Program-made: the position numbers and the translations under genes
The notes under the pieces: generated by a model
Databases searched by the model: none
What the model was told of the DNA's origin: nothing
Seen by the model: only the letters and a program-made list of their open reading frames with translations
NCBI GenBank assembly: GCA_963823665.1
Contig: CAWGMQ010000004.1
Location: forward strand, 768,001 to 832,000
DNA length: 64,000 bases
Direction of reading: 5' to 3'
Source: an uncultured Planctomycetota bacterium
Lineage (GTDB): Bacteria > Planctomycetota > Planctomycetia > Isosphaerales > Isosphaeraceae
Part shown: positions 1 to 11,546 of the stretch, one piece after another
Numbering within the stretch: position 1 is the stretch's first letter
How the letters are laid out: each line of letters starts with the position of its first letter

Positions 1-394
1 TCGGATTGATTGAGGTCTCCGTGAACCAGAGTGCCCCGTCGGGTCCTGCCGTGATCGCAGTGGGGCCTGGCGGCGAACCGCTCGATCCAGCCGGTAATGT
101 GGTCGCCGGAAGGGGAAACTCGGTCACCACTCCTGCGGGCGTCATTCGGCCGATCTTGTAGGCCGCGGTCTCCGCAAACCACAGTTTCCCATCCGCGCCC
201 GTCGTGATTCCGTCGGGCTGCACGAGCGCAACCAGAGGGATCGAAAAGGTCGTGACGGTCAGCGTCAAGAGCGTGCGCGCCTCCAGTCGCTGCGACTCCG
301 GGCCTTCTGCCCAGAACAGTTTGTTCTGCTTTGACGTCCGCGAATCCGCGCGGCGCCTTCGCCGCTTGTCGCTACGATTGCTGAGAATCGTCAT
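1..394 (-). CDS. Secreted virginiamycin B lyase (Vgb)-like beta-propeller protein with LExRxLL leader; runs off the window start
   Basis: Manual translation MTILSNRSDKRRRRR...LEARTLL...PDGITTGADGKLWFAE...IGRMTPAGVVTEFPLP...ITAGPDGALWFTE; GGAGG upstream of ATG at 394. Confidence 0.75.
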   Translation of the reverse strand, partial: MTILSNRSDKRRRRRADSRTSKQNKLFWAEGPESQRLEARTLLTLTVTTFSIPLVALVQPDGITTGADGKLWFAETAAYKIGRMTPAGVVTEFPLPATTLPAGSSGSPPGPTAITAGPDGALWFTETSINP

Positions 395-615
395 CTGCTG
401 CGCCTCCAAGTTGCGGGGAAATCAATCCTGTCTCAAATGGTGAAGCACTCGAAGGTGGGGTGTGTTCCCCGGAACCCCCTTCGCGAGGCGGGGAAACGAC
501 GGCGTGGGAACGAAGCCGAAGCGATGCGAAACTCGGCCTGGTTCAAAACTGACGTTTTTCGGGTAACAGTCGGGTAACAATACGGATGATGAGCGAGCCT
601 TGGCGAGCAAGGTAT

Positions 616-2298
616 ATCAACTTCCGGCTGATAGCCGTCTCAGGCTTGACTGAAGCGGGTGTAGCCAAGCAATTCCAGCCAATGAGGGTGGGACTGCCCC
701 GTCAGTAGCTCAGCCGGCGTCTTCCCCACCCGCTCATGACGGTCGCTTCGCGCCAGTCGCCGGTGGTTCAGGAAGAATTGCAGCAAGGCTAAATAGTCCT
801 GGCCAAGGTGCCGCCGTAGGAAGAAGTAACTGCGGAGTCGGCTATTGAGATTCTCCACCAGGGAACTAGCCCGGACCGTTTCACTGGCCAACTCAGCCAC
901 CGCAGCCTGAACCTCGTGAAACCGACCGCGAAGTCGTTGTTGTAAGGCCGCATGTTCCGTCCAGCGTCGCGGGTCACGCTCGTGGCGTGCCATCGTCCTC
1001 AGAAGCTGTCGGGCAAGTTCCGCAGGAATCTCGAACTCCTGCCCAAGCTGCTCCAATTGCTCGTCGAGCACACGCGCGAAGGCTAGCAGGTCATCCCGTT
1101 GGTTCTCCAAATGGCGGCAGATCGGTGTCAGTCGGTGCGAACACTGCGGCAGCCGGATTCGCAGTTCGGCCGCCACGAAGTCGTAGAGATCACGACGCTC
1201 GTCATAGCACGGCCCAGCCACTGTGAGAACGTCGTGGCGCAGCCAACTTATCAAAAGCGCGACATCGTCGGCCAGCGCAACAGCCTTCGTGGCTGAGTCA
1301 CGAGCACAACGCAAGTGATTGGTGGCGATTGTTATTGACTTGGCACGCCCGCGCTTATCATACCGCTGGGCAGACCGCAACTCTTGCTGACGCCGTTCGA
1401 CAAGACGCAAGGCGTCATAAGCGCGATTCTCCAGGAAAGTGCTGAGTGCCTCGAGTTCGTGAAGAATATGGAAGACGTCGCCCCGGCAAGGCACGCCGGG
1501 CAGGGCCAACGCTTGGCCAGCGCGTAGACCCAAGCCCGCGTCGACGACGGTGGCATCGGGAGCGAAGCCCTGATCGACCACCTCCAGCAGGCGCACGCCC
1601 CAGGTTTCTGCATCCCGGTATTCCTCCCGACTGAGCAAGTAGCAATAGGTCGATGCGGTGCAAACGCCCACGAGCACTGGATCGCCAGCCTGGAAGATTT
1701 CATCGTGCGCACCGATGTGCACGCCGCCGAGATGGTAACCGCGGCTGAGCGCTCGAGCCGGTTCGACGGCGCTTGAGACGATGTTGTGTACCGTACCCAC
1801 GGAGATGTGCCAGTCGACGAGATCGCAGAGCAACCCCTCGATACGAGCTGTGGCTGATCAAAACCAGGCCCAGGACGAGTTGCCGTAACCAGGACTTGGT
1901 TACAGGCAGGTAAAAGAGGACATCTTCCGTCTTGGGATCAGGTTCAAAGGCTTGGGTCAGAGCCTCTTGGGCGGTGTGAGCTTTCTGATAGAGGAACTTG
2001 CGGCTGAGCCCATGTTCCCGGGCCAGTTCCGAGACTGGTTGAGCCCCTGCGAGGACCTGGACAGACAGATCCTGCCGCTCCTGGGGCAGCAACCTCCGGG
2101 CGGGCCACGGAGGGGGGCTGGGCAGTTCCGCAGCCGGGCTGAGGTCGGATTGCGTGAATGTGCACGAGAACGTAGCTTGGGCGTCCATGCCTGTTTCCTT
2201 TGTGATGGTGTGGGTTTGATACTCCCGACGCCAACATGGAGGAAACGAGGCGAAAGGGTCAGTGCCTCGGAGCGCCGGAACGAGGAACAGGCTTGATC
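616..2298 (-). mobile_element. Putative insertion sequence (~1.68 kb) of unassigned family
   Basis: Transposase-like gene flanked by exact direct repeat AGCAAGGTAT at 606-615 and 2299-2308; only a very short terminal inverted match (ATCAA/TTGAT). Confidence 0.7.
640..2188 (-). CDS. Putative DDE-type transposase with N-terminal HTH, frameshifted near 1835
   Basis: ORF 1700-2188 has an HTH (VSELAREHGLSRKFLY). ORF 640-1833 continues with DEIF...DAG...ENLNSRLR and the GKTPAELLTG tail typical of DDE transposases. Confidence 0.65.
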
Positions 2299-2516
2299 AG
2301 CAAGGTATCGGCGCTGGTTCGCCGGATTCCGGGCAGCTGTCGTTTGGGTTCGACATGATTCGGGTTCGCCGCAGAAGCGCGTTCTTGCGAATTCGGGACC
2401 GGCAAGCAACGAGTGCCGGCACTCGGCGAGCCGATGCCGTTACCATGGTTAGGGGCGTGGTAGATCTTGAGAGCGCCGCCGGCCTCGGAAGGACGGCCCC
2501 TCGCTGGCGCGCCGGG

Positions 2517-5500
2517 TCAGTCAGAAGACGCGCCCGGCGGGTATCTTCCTATCGTCGCGTGGCTGGTCAATTCGGGCGAAGCCCTCCAGAGCCTGATCGC
2601 GCCGTCGTGGCTGCCCGTTGCCAGGATCGCGCCGTCAGGAGAGAACGCGATCGCGTGGACGGGGGCGCGATGCCCGTTGAGCGTCAACAATTCGTGGCCG
2701 GTGACCGGATCCCAGAGTCGGACCGAGTGGTCTCGGCCCGCTGAGGCAAGGGTGAGACCGTCGGGACTGAAGGCAACGCCCAATACGTCACCCACATGGC
2801 CTTGCAAGAGACGGCCGGGCTTCTGGGCCACGTCGTACAACGTGATTCTTCCGAGGCGCTGCGCCACAGCCAGGGTTGCGCCGTCCGGCGAGACCGCCAG
2901 GGAGTAGACCTCTTCGTCGGCGCGCCAGGACGCACGAAGCCGGCCCTCCTCCCAATCCCAGAGCTTGACGGTCTTGTCCTTGGCTCCTGAATACAGGGTC
3001 TTTCCGTCCGGTGCGAAGATGACCGAGAACACTTTGTCGGTGTGGCCGGTCAGTGGCGCTCTCAGCTCTCGCCGGGTGGCTGCGTCCCAGGACCGGATCG
3101 TTCCTTCTTCGCCCGCGGAAGCCAGCGTTTTCCCGTCAGGCGAGAAGGCCACGGCGCGAACGAGATCGGTATGACCTTCCAGCGTGGCGAGCGGGGCTCC
3201 ACTCACGGCCTTCCAGAGCCGGATCGTCTTGTCGAAACCGGCGGAAGCCAGCAATTCGCCATCCGGAGAATACGCGACCGCGGTGACGAGCGCCCCGTGG
3301 CCCTTCAGCGTTCTTTGCTCTTGGCCGGAGCGGACATCCCAGAGTTTAAGTGTCCAATCGTCACTTGATGACACGAGCGTTCGGCCGTCGGGCGAGAACG
3401 CCAGCCCCCAGATCTCTTTCCTGTGCCCGTTCAGTGCGCCGGGCGCGCGCCAATGGCTAAAATCCCAGAGCATCGCTTGGGTATCGCGGCCGACGACCAG
3501 GAGGGCGTCTTCCTCGGGAGCGAAGTCATATGTGCAACCAGCCCACACGTCGCCCCAGGGCGACTCAACGCCAGGGCGACCCGTGCCGACGTCGATGAGG
3601 CGCAGTTTTCCGACGGGGTGACCCCGGTATGGTTCGTGAACGGCGGCAGTGCGACCGTCGCGAGAGAACCGCGCCCACAGGACCGTGCCACCCTGGCCGA
3701 TCGGGCGTGCGCGCGCACTTCCCGTGAGTGCGCAAGCCAAACGCCCGATCTCGTCGACTTCGGCCTGGGTGTAAGGAACGCCAAGGTCGGTGCGGGGAAT
3801 GAACACGACTTCGGGCCCGTGGACACGACAGACAGCCTTGCAATAACCGCCTGCGGTCGTGTAGAGCCAGATCTCGCCGCTCTCGAGCGCGACCGCAATG
3901 ATTGAAGCATCCTCTGATGTCACGGCGAGAGTGTCGGAAAGCCGGAACGGCCCTCGAGTGGAATCGGTCAATCGGCTAGAGCGAGACAGGCGGGCCTTGA
4001 GATCTTCAACACGCAACGATTCGCCGAGGGTCACGCGTTTCCGGTCACCCGAGAGCCGCCAAGAGCGAACCGGCGCAGCCGGAGAGCTGAGCGCGGCCTC
4101 GACCGTGACGAGCGTGCCTCCGTCGGGGATGAACAGGATGTGATAGCAGTAGCCGAAATCCTCGGCCATCCCGTCCAGCGTAGCGCCGCTGGCGACATCC
4201 CAGAGCTTGACCTCACTCTTGCCCTGATCATCACCATTGTCACCGTGCGACAGTGACGCGAGAGTGCGGCCGTCGGGTGAGAACACCAGGCGCTGACAAA
4301 GCTTGAGCGTGTGCTTGGCTGGAAGCTCTCTCAACGTGCCGGTATCGAGATCCATCACGAAGGTTGAGTTCGCCTCATCCGCCAGGGCGATCGTGCGGCC
4401 GTCGCGCGCATAGGCGACGGCCCTGACCCTTGCCGGCAGCGGTGACAGCATCGTTACGCGAGGGCGCACGAGCCGGTACAGATAGTTCCAGGCGAACCCG
4501 CGCGAATCGGGCAGACCTTGCGGCGGAGCGAGCGCGTCGAGGATCGACAGCACGGGCCCGCGTTCTCCGCGCTCGAGTAGTGAACCGGCGAGCTTCAACT
4601 GGTTGGCGGCCAGGTGCTGGTAGGCCAAAAGGCGATGCTGGTCGGCCAGGGCGCGCTGGGCGCGAGCCTCGATCTGGGCGACGCGAAACTCCTCGTTATG
4701 GCGCTTCTCGCGCACCCGTGCCCATTCGAGCCCACCCAGAACGACTGACACTCCCGCACCGAACACGACCAGGAGCGCCGCGTGGACGGGCCGCCGCTTG
4801 GCCCACTTGGCGGCGTGCTCCCACGCCGGAACCGGCCTGGCCTGGACGGGCTTGCCGTCGAGGTATCGTTGCAAGTCGGCCGTCAATTCCAAAGCGCGGG
4901 CGTAACGCCGCGCCGGCCGCTTCTCGAGACATTTCAGCATGATCGTCTCGAGGTCGCGCGGCAGGCCGGGGCGCAAGGCGCGAGCCGAAGGCGGATCCTG
5001 ATCCACGACCAGGCGGAGCGTCTCCAGATCAGTCTCGCCGCGGTGGGGCGGCTTTCCCGTCAACAACTCGTAAAGGATCACCCCCAGGGCGTAAACATCC
5101 GTCGCCGGCCCGTGTTCTCGAAGTCGTCCAGCAGCCTGTTCGGGTGCCATGTACTCGGGCGAGCCGATCGGCATGCCGCTGCGCGTCTCCTGCGAGACCT
5201 GGTCGAGCAGCTTGGCCAGGCCGAAGTCGCAGATCCGCGGGAGAAAGGGCAAGTCATGGCACAGCCCGCCGTTTGCCGGTTCCTCGCCATCCCGTTGCTG
5301 GAGCAAGATGTTGCCTGGTTTGAGATCGCGATGGAGAATGCCTCGCTCGTGGGCGTGCGCAACCGCCAAGGCCAGGGTCGCCACCAGGCGGCATGCCACG
5401 CGGATCGGCACCGACGCTGTCTGCAACCGCAGCCACTCGGCGAGTGTCGGCCCCTCACAGTACGCCGAGGCGATGTAGCAAATGGGCCCTTGCTCACCGA

Positions 5501-5912
5501 CCTCGTAAACCGGCACGATGTGTGGGTGGTCGAGGCGCGAGGCTGCTTCCGCCTCTCGCAAAAACCGCCGCCTGACGTCCGGCATGACCAGCACTTCGGG
5601 GCGAGGGACTTTGAGCGCGACCTGGCGCCCGAGGACCAAATCCTCTGCCAGAAAGACTACCCCGAAGCCGCCGCGGCCCAGCTCGCGGATGACCGAGAAG
5701 CGTCCGAATCTTGTCGGGAGCTGGAACGCGGGCGCACCGCCTCGGGGCCAGACGGCCTCGAGCAGACGCTGACATTCGTGTACCGGCTTCAAGAACGAGG
5801 GGGATTCGGTGTTCGCCGGCGGGTCATCGCCGGCGGCCAGTGCGAGATCGAAGGCCAGGAGTGCTTCCAGGTCGGATTCCTCGGGCACCGGCCGGTCAGA
5901 TACCGGGATCAT
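2517..5912 (-). CDS. Ser/Thr protein kinase with C-terminal WD40 repeats
   Basis: GRGGFGVV, VALK, HRDLKPGN, DFGLAK, YMAPE kinase motifs; many GH...AFSPDG...LWD repeats. Confidence 0.95.
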   Translation of the reverse strand: MIPVSDRPVPEESDLEALLAFDLALAAGDDPPANTESPSFLKPVHECQRLLEAVWPRGGAPAFQLPTRFGRFSVIRELGRGGFGVVFLAEDLVLGRQVALKVPRPEVLVMPDVRRRFLREAEAASRLDHPHIVPVYEVGEQGPICYIASAYCEGPTLAEWLRLQTASVPIRVACRLVATLALAVAHAHERGILHRDLKPGNILLQQRDGEEPANGGLCHDLPFLPRICDFGLAKLLDQVSQETRSGMPIGSPEYMAPEQAAGRLREHGPATDVYALGVILYELLTGKPPHRGETDLETLRLVVDQDPPSARALRPGLPRDLETIMLKCLEKRPARRYARALELTADLQRYLDGKPVQARPVPAWEHAAKWAKRRPVHAALLVVFGAGVSVVLGGLEWARVREKRHNEEFRVAQIEARAQRALADQHRLLAYQHLAANQLKLAGSLLERGERGPVLSILDALAPPQGLPDSRGFAWNYLYRLVRPRVTMLSPLPARVRAVAYARDGRTIALADEANSTFVMDLDTGTLRELPAKHTLKLCQRLVFSPDGRTLASLSHGDNGDDQGKSEVKLWDVASGATLDGMAEDFGYCYHILFIPDGGTLVTVEAALSSPAAPVRSWRLSGDRKRVTLGESLRVEDLKARLSRSSRLTDSTRGPFRLSDTLAVTSEDASIIAVALESGEIWLYTTAGGYCKAVCRVHGPEVVFIPRTDLGVPYTQAEVDEIGRLACALTGSARARPIGQGGTVLWARFSRDGRTAAVHEPYRGHPVGKLRLIDVGTGRPGVESPWGDVWAGCTYDFAPEEDALLVVGRDTQAMLWDFSHWRAPGALNGHRKEIWGLAFSPDGRTLVSSSDDWTLKLWDVRSGQEQRTLKGHGALVTAVAYSPDGELLASAGFDKTIRLWKAVSGAPLATLEGHTDLVRAVAFSPDGKTLASAGEEGTIRSWDAATRRELRAPLTGHTDKVFSVIFAPDGKTLYSGAKDKTVKLWDWEEGRLRASWRADEEVYSLAVSPDGATLAVAQRLGRITLYDVAQKPGRLLQGHVGDVLGVAFSPDGLTLASAGRDHSVRLWDPVTGHELLTLNGHRAPVHAIAFSPDGAILATGSHDGAIRLWRASPELTSHATIGRYPPGASSD

Positions 5913-6119
5913 GGGCGGGTCCTAACTCTTCCGTGAGGCGGTTCAATGCCCGGGACCATGGAGTAGATATAGAGTTGCGATGTAGTGATAGTCAATGTCA
6001 GATCCGCAGCAACGACGCCCCGGGGTCCAGCACGCGGCTTGCGACGGTTCGAAGGCTTGACTTATGCTGACTCATGTTGCATCGCGCGTCGATCGGATAC
6101 CTATCGGAGTTTGCGCTCC

Positions 6120-8300
6120 ATGCAAGATGTTCTGAAGGCTGCCATGTCTCTGCACCAGGCGGGCGACCTGGTGCAGGCAGCGACATTATATCAGAAGATC
6201 TTGGTAAGCGAACCCGAGAATGCCGAAGCGATGCACCTGCTGGGGGTGCTGCACCATCAGCAGGGGGCGAACGCCCGTGCGGTCGAGTTGATGGCGCGGG
6301 CGGTGGCTCTGCGGCCGAACGCTGCTTCGTTTCACGCGAACCTGGCCGAGGCCTATCGAGCGCTCGGCCAGTATGAGCGGGCTGCCGGAAGCTGTCGCGC
6401 GGCCCTGGGTCTCAAGCCCGACTATCCCGAGGCGATCGCGAACCTCGGGCTGGCGCTGCAGGCGATGGGCCGGCGCGCGGAAGCCGCCGAACAGTTCCGC
6501 GAGGCGATCAAACTGCGGCCCGGCTTTGCGTCGGCCCACAGCAACCTGGGCAACGTGCTGCGCGAGAGCGGCCGGATGGATGAGGCACTCGCACACTTCC
6601 GCCGCGCGGTCGGGCTGAACCCGGGCGATGCACTGGCGCGTACAAACCTGGGCCAGATGCTCCTGGAACGCAATTTTGCGGAGGAAGCCCTGCCGCATTG
6701 CGAAGAGGCGGTCAGGTTGCGGCCGCACGCCGCGGCGCTGCATCACAATCTGGGGAACGCGCTGCGCGAGCTGCATCGTTACGAGGACGCTCGGTCGGCT
6801 TACATCCAGGCGCTGCGGCTCGACCCCTCCCTGGCGAAGGCGCATGCGCAACTGGGGATCGTGCTCAAACACGAGGGACGACTCGACGAGGCGACAGTGT
6901 GTCTCAAGCGGGCGATCGAGCTTGACCCAGCCGACCCCGATTTTGCAGAGTTCCTCGGCGACCTGTGTGTCGCCCGCCAGGATTTTGTCGGGGCGATCAA
7001 CTCCTACTCGCGGGCGATCGCGATTTCGCCGGTGGAAAAATCCCGACTGCACGTTTCGCTCGGGTGGGCACTTCAAGAAGAGGGCCGGCTGGGCGAGGCG
7101 CATACGCAGCTTCGAGAAGCGCAACGGATAGACCCGGGCTCGGCCCCCGTTTTTATTTACCTGGGTCAGTACCATGAGGTGTGCGGCGAGCTCGCTCAGG
7201 CCGAAGCCGTCTATCGACACGCGATGCGGCTGCACGAGGGCAATCCGCTGCCGATTGCGCTGCTGGGATCGCTGTTGCGCGGCCGGCTTCCGGAAAACGA
7301 CCTGGCGGCGCTTGAGCGTCGGGCGGCCGATCACTCGGGCAGCATTGAAGTCCGCACGCGGCTCGCCTTTGCGCTGGGTCACGTGCTCGACGCTCGAGGC
7401 GAATATGCCCGTGCGGCGGCCTGCATCCGCCAGGCCAACGCTCTGACGCTCGAAAGCCGGCGCGGCCAGAGCGACTTTACTCCGGCCGACCACGAGCGAT
7501 TCGTCGACGACGTCATCAAGCGCTTCGACCGGGCCTTTCTCGCGCGGACGCACCAGTTGGGCTCGGAATCCCGCCGGCCGGTCTTCATCTTCGGCCTGCC
7601 GCGATCCGGGACATCGCTGATCGAGCAGGTGCTCGCGAGCCACTCCCGCATCTACGGAGCCGGTGAGCTGCGGCTGGGCCGGCAATCCTTCGAAGCCGTT
7701 CCGCAAGTCCTCGGCCGCAGCGTGCACCCGTTTGAATGCATCGCGGACCTCGATGCCCAATCGATTCGCCGGGTTGCCGAGCTGCACCTGGAACGGCTCC
7801 AGGCGCTCGCCCCGGCGGCCGCCCTGCGAGTGATCGACAAAATGCCAGATAATTATATGTACGTTGGATTGCTGGCGACACTCTTTCCGCGGGCGGTTTT
7901 CATTCACTGCCGGCGCGATCTTCGCGACGTTGCGCTCTCGTGCTGGATGACCGATTTCCGCAGCATGTCGTGGCCGTTCCAGACGGAAGACATCGCGGCG
8001 CGGATCACGCAATACCGCCGGTTGATGGACCACTGGCGGGCTGTGCTTCCGGTGGCCATCCACGACGTGGATTACGAATCGACCGTGAACGATCTCGATA
8101 GCGTCGCCCGGCGACTGGTCGCCCTTTGCGGGCTCGAGTGGGAGCCATCGTGCCTGGAATTCCACCGCAACACGCGTCCGGTCCGAACGGCCAGCCTCGT
8201 TCAGGTGCGCCGGCCGGTTTACACCAGCTCGGTCGGGCGCTGGAAGAACTACGAATCGGAGCTTGCGGAGCTGTTTGCCGCAGTCTCGTCACCAGACTGA
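6120..8300 (+). CDS. TPR-repeat sulfotransferase-family protein
   Basis: Many TPRs, then PAPS-binding FIFGLPRSGTSLIEQ, DKMPDN, RDLRDVALSC and VRTASLVQVRRPVY; start re-set to ATG 6120. Confidence 0.9.
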   Translation: MQDVLKAAMSLHQAGDLVQAATLYQKILVSEPENAEAMHLLGVLHHQQGANARAVELMARAVALRPNAASFHANLAEAYRALGQYERAAGSCRAALGLKPDYPEAIANLGLALQAMGRRAEAAEQFREAIKLRPGFASAHSNLGNVLRESGRMDEALAHFRRAVGLNPGDALARTNLGQMLLERNFAEEALPHCEEAVRLRPHAAALHHNLGNALRELHRYEDARSAYIQALRLDPSLAKAHAQLGIVLKHEGRLDEATVCLKRAIELDPADPDFAEFLGDLCVARQDFVGAINSYSRAIAISPVEKSRLHVSLGWALQEEGRLGEAHTQLREAQRIDPGSAPVFIYLGQYHEVCGELAQAEAVYRHAMRLHEGNPLPIALLGSLLRGRLPENDLAALERRAADHSGSIEVRTRLAFALGHVLDARGEYARAAACIRQANALTLESRRGQSDFTPADHERFVDDVIKRFDRAFLARTHQLGSESRRPVFIFGLPRSGTSLIEQVLASHSRIYGAGELRLGRQSFEAVPQVLGRSVHPFECIADLDAQSIRRVAELHLERLQALAPAAALRVIDKMPDNYMYVGLLATLFPRAVFIHCRRDLRDVALSCWMTDFRSMSWPFQTEDIAARITQYRRLMDHWRAVLPVAIHDVDYESTVNDLDSVARRLVALCGLEWEPSCLEFHRNTRPVRTASLVQVRRPVYTSSVGRWKNYESELAELFAAVSSPD

Positions 8301-9255
8301 GTATGGTCACCGGCAGATTCGGACGCGCGGGTCTTTGTCACTTGATCGAGGCGCGACGGATCGGCGAATCGCTTCATGAGATTGCGAAAAGTTGTCTCGA
8401 GCTCGTCTGGGCCCGGCGATTGCAAGTTGCCGGACTCTTCCGAAAGGGAAACGAGGCCGAACCAGGTCAGTCGAATCCTCCAGTGCGACACCTCGGCTGC
8501 GCGGTTGAAGCGCTCGAGCACGCGCAGGGCCCAGACCACGCCCCAGTTGTCCCGGAACCAGAACCAGAGCCGCTCGCAATTGCAACGGGCCGGCGGAGCC
8601 CGCCCGGCGCCCGAGCGCGCAGCGCGAGGACCAGAGCCATCGTCCACGCGATCCAGGAGCCGATCACGGCACGCCGGGAGGCCAGCCAAGGCGCGGGCGC
8701 CAAGGCGAGGTACTCGAGGATGAAGAGCACTCCAGCCGCCGCCGCGGCCCATCCGAAGCGCGTCGGCAGGTAGTTTGTCACCGCGACGGCGACAAACAGG
8801 CCATAGAAGATTGACCAGGGCGCGTCGAGATGCAGCGGCGGAAGTGAGGCCGCCCGGCGCAGGCGGGTTTGATCTTCGAGCCAGGGGATCAGGAACACGA
8901 CGACCAGTAGCGTCATCAAGACGGCCCAAGCCCTTCCTCCGGGCGTCCTCGCGTTGAGCACCGAGCCGAGCGCGGCCAGGAGCGCGAGAACGCAGAGATA
9001 CGTGAATCGCTCCGCAAGGGGGCGGCCGCTTGATAGCGGCTGCGTCAAGGCGACCACCTGTGCGAGGAGCGCAAGCCCAACCGCCAGCGCCGCCCAGACC
9101 AAGGCCGGCCGAAGTGCCGTTCCGCGGACGGCCCGCCAGGCGTCAAGCAGCGAGGGGGCCGAGGCAATGAACACCACGATCTGGCCGAGAGGAGCGTGGG
9201 ACGGGTCAATCACGATCAGAATCGCAGAGAGAGTCAAGAGCAGGGCGATGACCAT
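8249..9255 (-). CDS. Hypothetical multi-pass membrane protein, frameshifted near 8615
   Basis: Hydrophobic ORF 8467-9255 continues in the frame of ORF 8249-8929 (ERLWFWFRDNWGVVWALRV); lies directly after the OPT gene. Confidence 0.65.
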
Positions 9256-9276
9256 GATTCTGCCGCGGATTTCTAG

Positions 9277-11522
9277 CTATTGGTCGCCAATCTCGCCGAG
9301 CTGCGGCTTGTCGGCGCCGGAGGCCTCGCCGGTGACCGGACGCTTTCCGAGCGAAGCCACCGCCACGAGAGCCGCGACAAGCAGCAAGAATGCGCCGAGC
9401 GCGTATGACTCACCCACGCCCGCGCCCTTTGGGGCGAAGTCCAGCTTCGACTGCAAGTTTTCGGGGAGCGAGATCACAAACGCGCCGATGATTCCGGCGA
9501 TCGACCCACCGGCGATCAAACCGGTGGACATGAGCGTGCCGGGGCTCATATCCGCTTCTTCGTCCGTGAGCCTGCGAACCTTGTCGACCAGTTTGCGGAC
9601 CATGCCGCCGACAAAGATGGGCAGCGTCGTCGACAGCGGCAGGTAAACGCCAACAGCAAACGCAAGCGCGGAGACTCCGCAAAGCTGCATGACGATCGCC
9701 AGCACGGCCCCGATCAAGAACAGCCCCCACGGCAGGTCGCGTTCCATGATTCCCCGGATCAGTGTGGCAAAGAGCTCGGGCTGCGCGGGCGTGAATTTCT
9801 TGATCTCCCTTCCGCTCTCATCGATTGTCATGCGACCGCCAATGCCGGGATCGACAAACTCGCGGGCGGTGAGGGATTCATCAACCAGGTACTTGCCGGC
9901 CTGTACGCCCGGACGCGACTTGAGAACCCACCAGACCTTGTAGCTCTTGCCATCCTTGCCAATCGCCGTTTCTTTGAGCTCACCAGCCGGTGCCTTCACC
10001 GTCGGCAGCAAGCTCGCGTCGGTGTGGCGAGTCGTCTTTGCGTTATTGAGCGCATACAGAATGCCGCCCATGAACATGGCGGAGGTAAGCGCACCAATCA
10101 AGATCGCGACCTGCTGCTTCCAGGGAGTAGCGCCGACGAGAAAACCGGTTTTCAAATCTTGAGATGTGGTTCCGCCGTTCGATGAGGCGATGCAGACGAC
10201 GCCCGCGATCGAGAGCGCCGCCAGACGGTACTCAGGCCCGACCCAGCCCAGAACGACGAAGATCAGGCACACCAAAAGCAGAGTGGCGATCGTCATCCCG
10301 GAAATCGGGTTCGACGACGAGCCGATCACTCCCGTGATTCGCGAGCTCACGGTGACGAACAGGAAGCCGAATAAAACGACCATCAGCGCACCCAGCAGCC
10401 GGCCCATGAAGTTCGTGGGTATTAAATATGAGGCAGCGATCATGAGCACCAGGGCGAGCGAACCCAGGAAAACGACTGAAGGGGGCAGATCGCGGTCGGT
10501 GCGGGGAACGGCGCCGGCGAGCGATTGCTTGCCGGAACCGAGGTCTCTGAAACTGCCGGTGATGGACAAGACGATCAGGGGCAGGGCATTGAGCATGCTC
10601 AAGATGCCCCCGGTTGCCACCGCGCCGCGCCAATGTAACGGCCGTAAGTGTTGGCGAGATCACCGGGCTTCATCTCGGCGATCCGCTCGAGCTCGATCGG
10701 CGCCAGAGGACCGGGAAGGCCGTCGCCGAAATAGGCGATCATGGGAACGATCAGCAGCGCCGTGGTGATTCCGCCGGCGACCATCACCGAGGCGATGCGC
10801 GGCCCGATGATATAGCCCACGCCCAGGAGCATCGGGGATGGCTCAAGAGAAACAACCGCCTTGTTGTAGCCGGGGATGCCGCTGATTGCCGTTTTCCATA
10901 ACTCCGACCACAACTTGAGAGCCTGCATCGCGAGCTGATACACGAACCCGATGCCGACTCCCAGGAAAACGGTCTTGGCGTTTGAGCCACCTTGCTCGCC
11001 AACGATCAATACCTTGGCGCAGGCCGTTCCTTCAGGGTAGGGGAGTGAGTCGTGCTGCTTGACGATGAACGCGCGCCGCAGCGGGATCATCATCAAGATC
11101 CCCAAGAGCCCACCCAGAACGGCGACCAGCATGATCCGGGGCCACTCGAGCTCGTAGCCCAGGAGCAGCAACGCGGGCATCGCGGCGCCTACGCCGAAAG
11201 CAATCGATTCGCCCGCGGAGCCCGCCGTCTGCACGATGTTGTTCTCGAGAATCGTCGCCCGCCGGATGCCAAACGCTCGCGACAATCCGCGGAAGATGGT
11301 GATCGAGAGAACGGCAACCGGAATCGACGCCGAGACGGTCATCGACACCTTGAGAAAGAGATAAAGCGATGACGCGCCGAAGATGATGCCCAGCACCGAG
11401 CCCAGGAAGACGGCCGAGATCGTCAATTCCGGCAAGTTCTTGCCGTCGGGAACGTAGGGGCGGAACTGGGTCTTGCCGGGAGTCGAGTAAGCTTCCTCAG
11501 CGGAAGACGCGGGGGCCGACAT
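9277..11522 (-). CDS. OPT family oligopeptide transporter, 1-nt frameshift near 10622
   Basis: ELTISAV, ENNIVQTAGSAGES, LPYPEGTACA, SSNPISG, SQDLKTG motifs spread over two ORFs joined at YIGAGAVATGG. Confidence 0.92.
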
Positions 11523-11546
11523 GAATGGGATCACTCCGTGCGAGAG

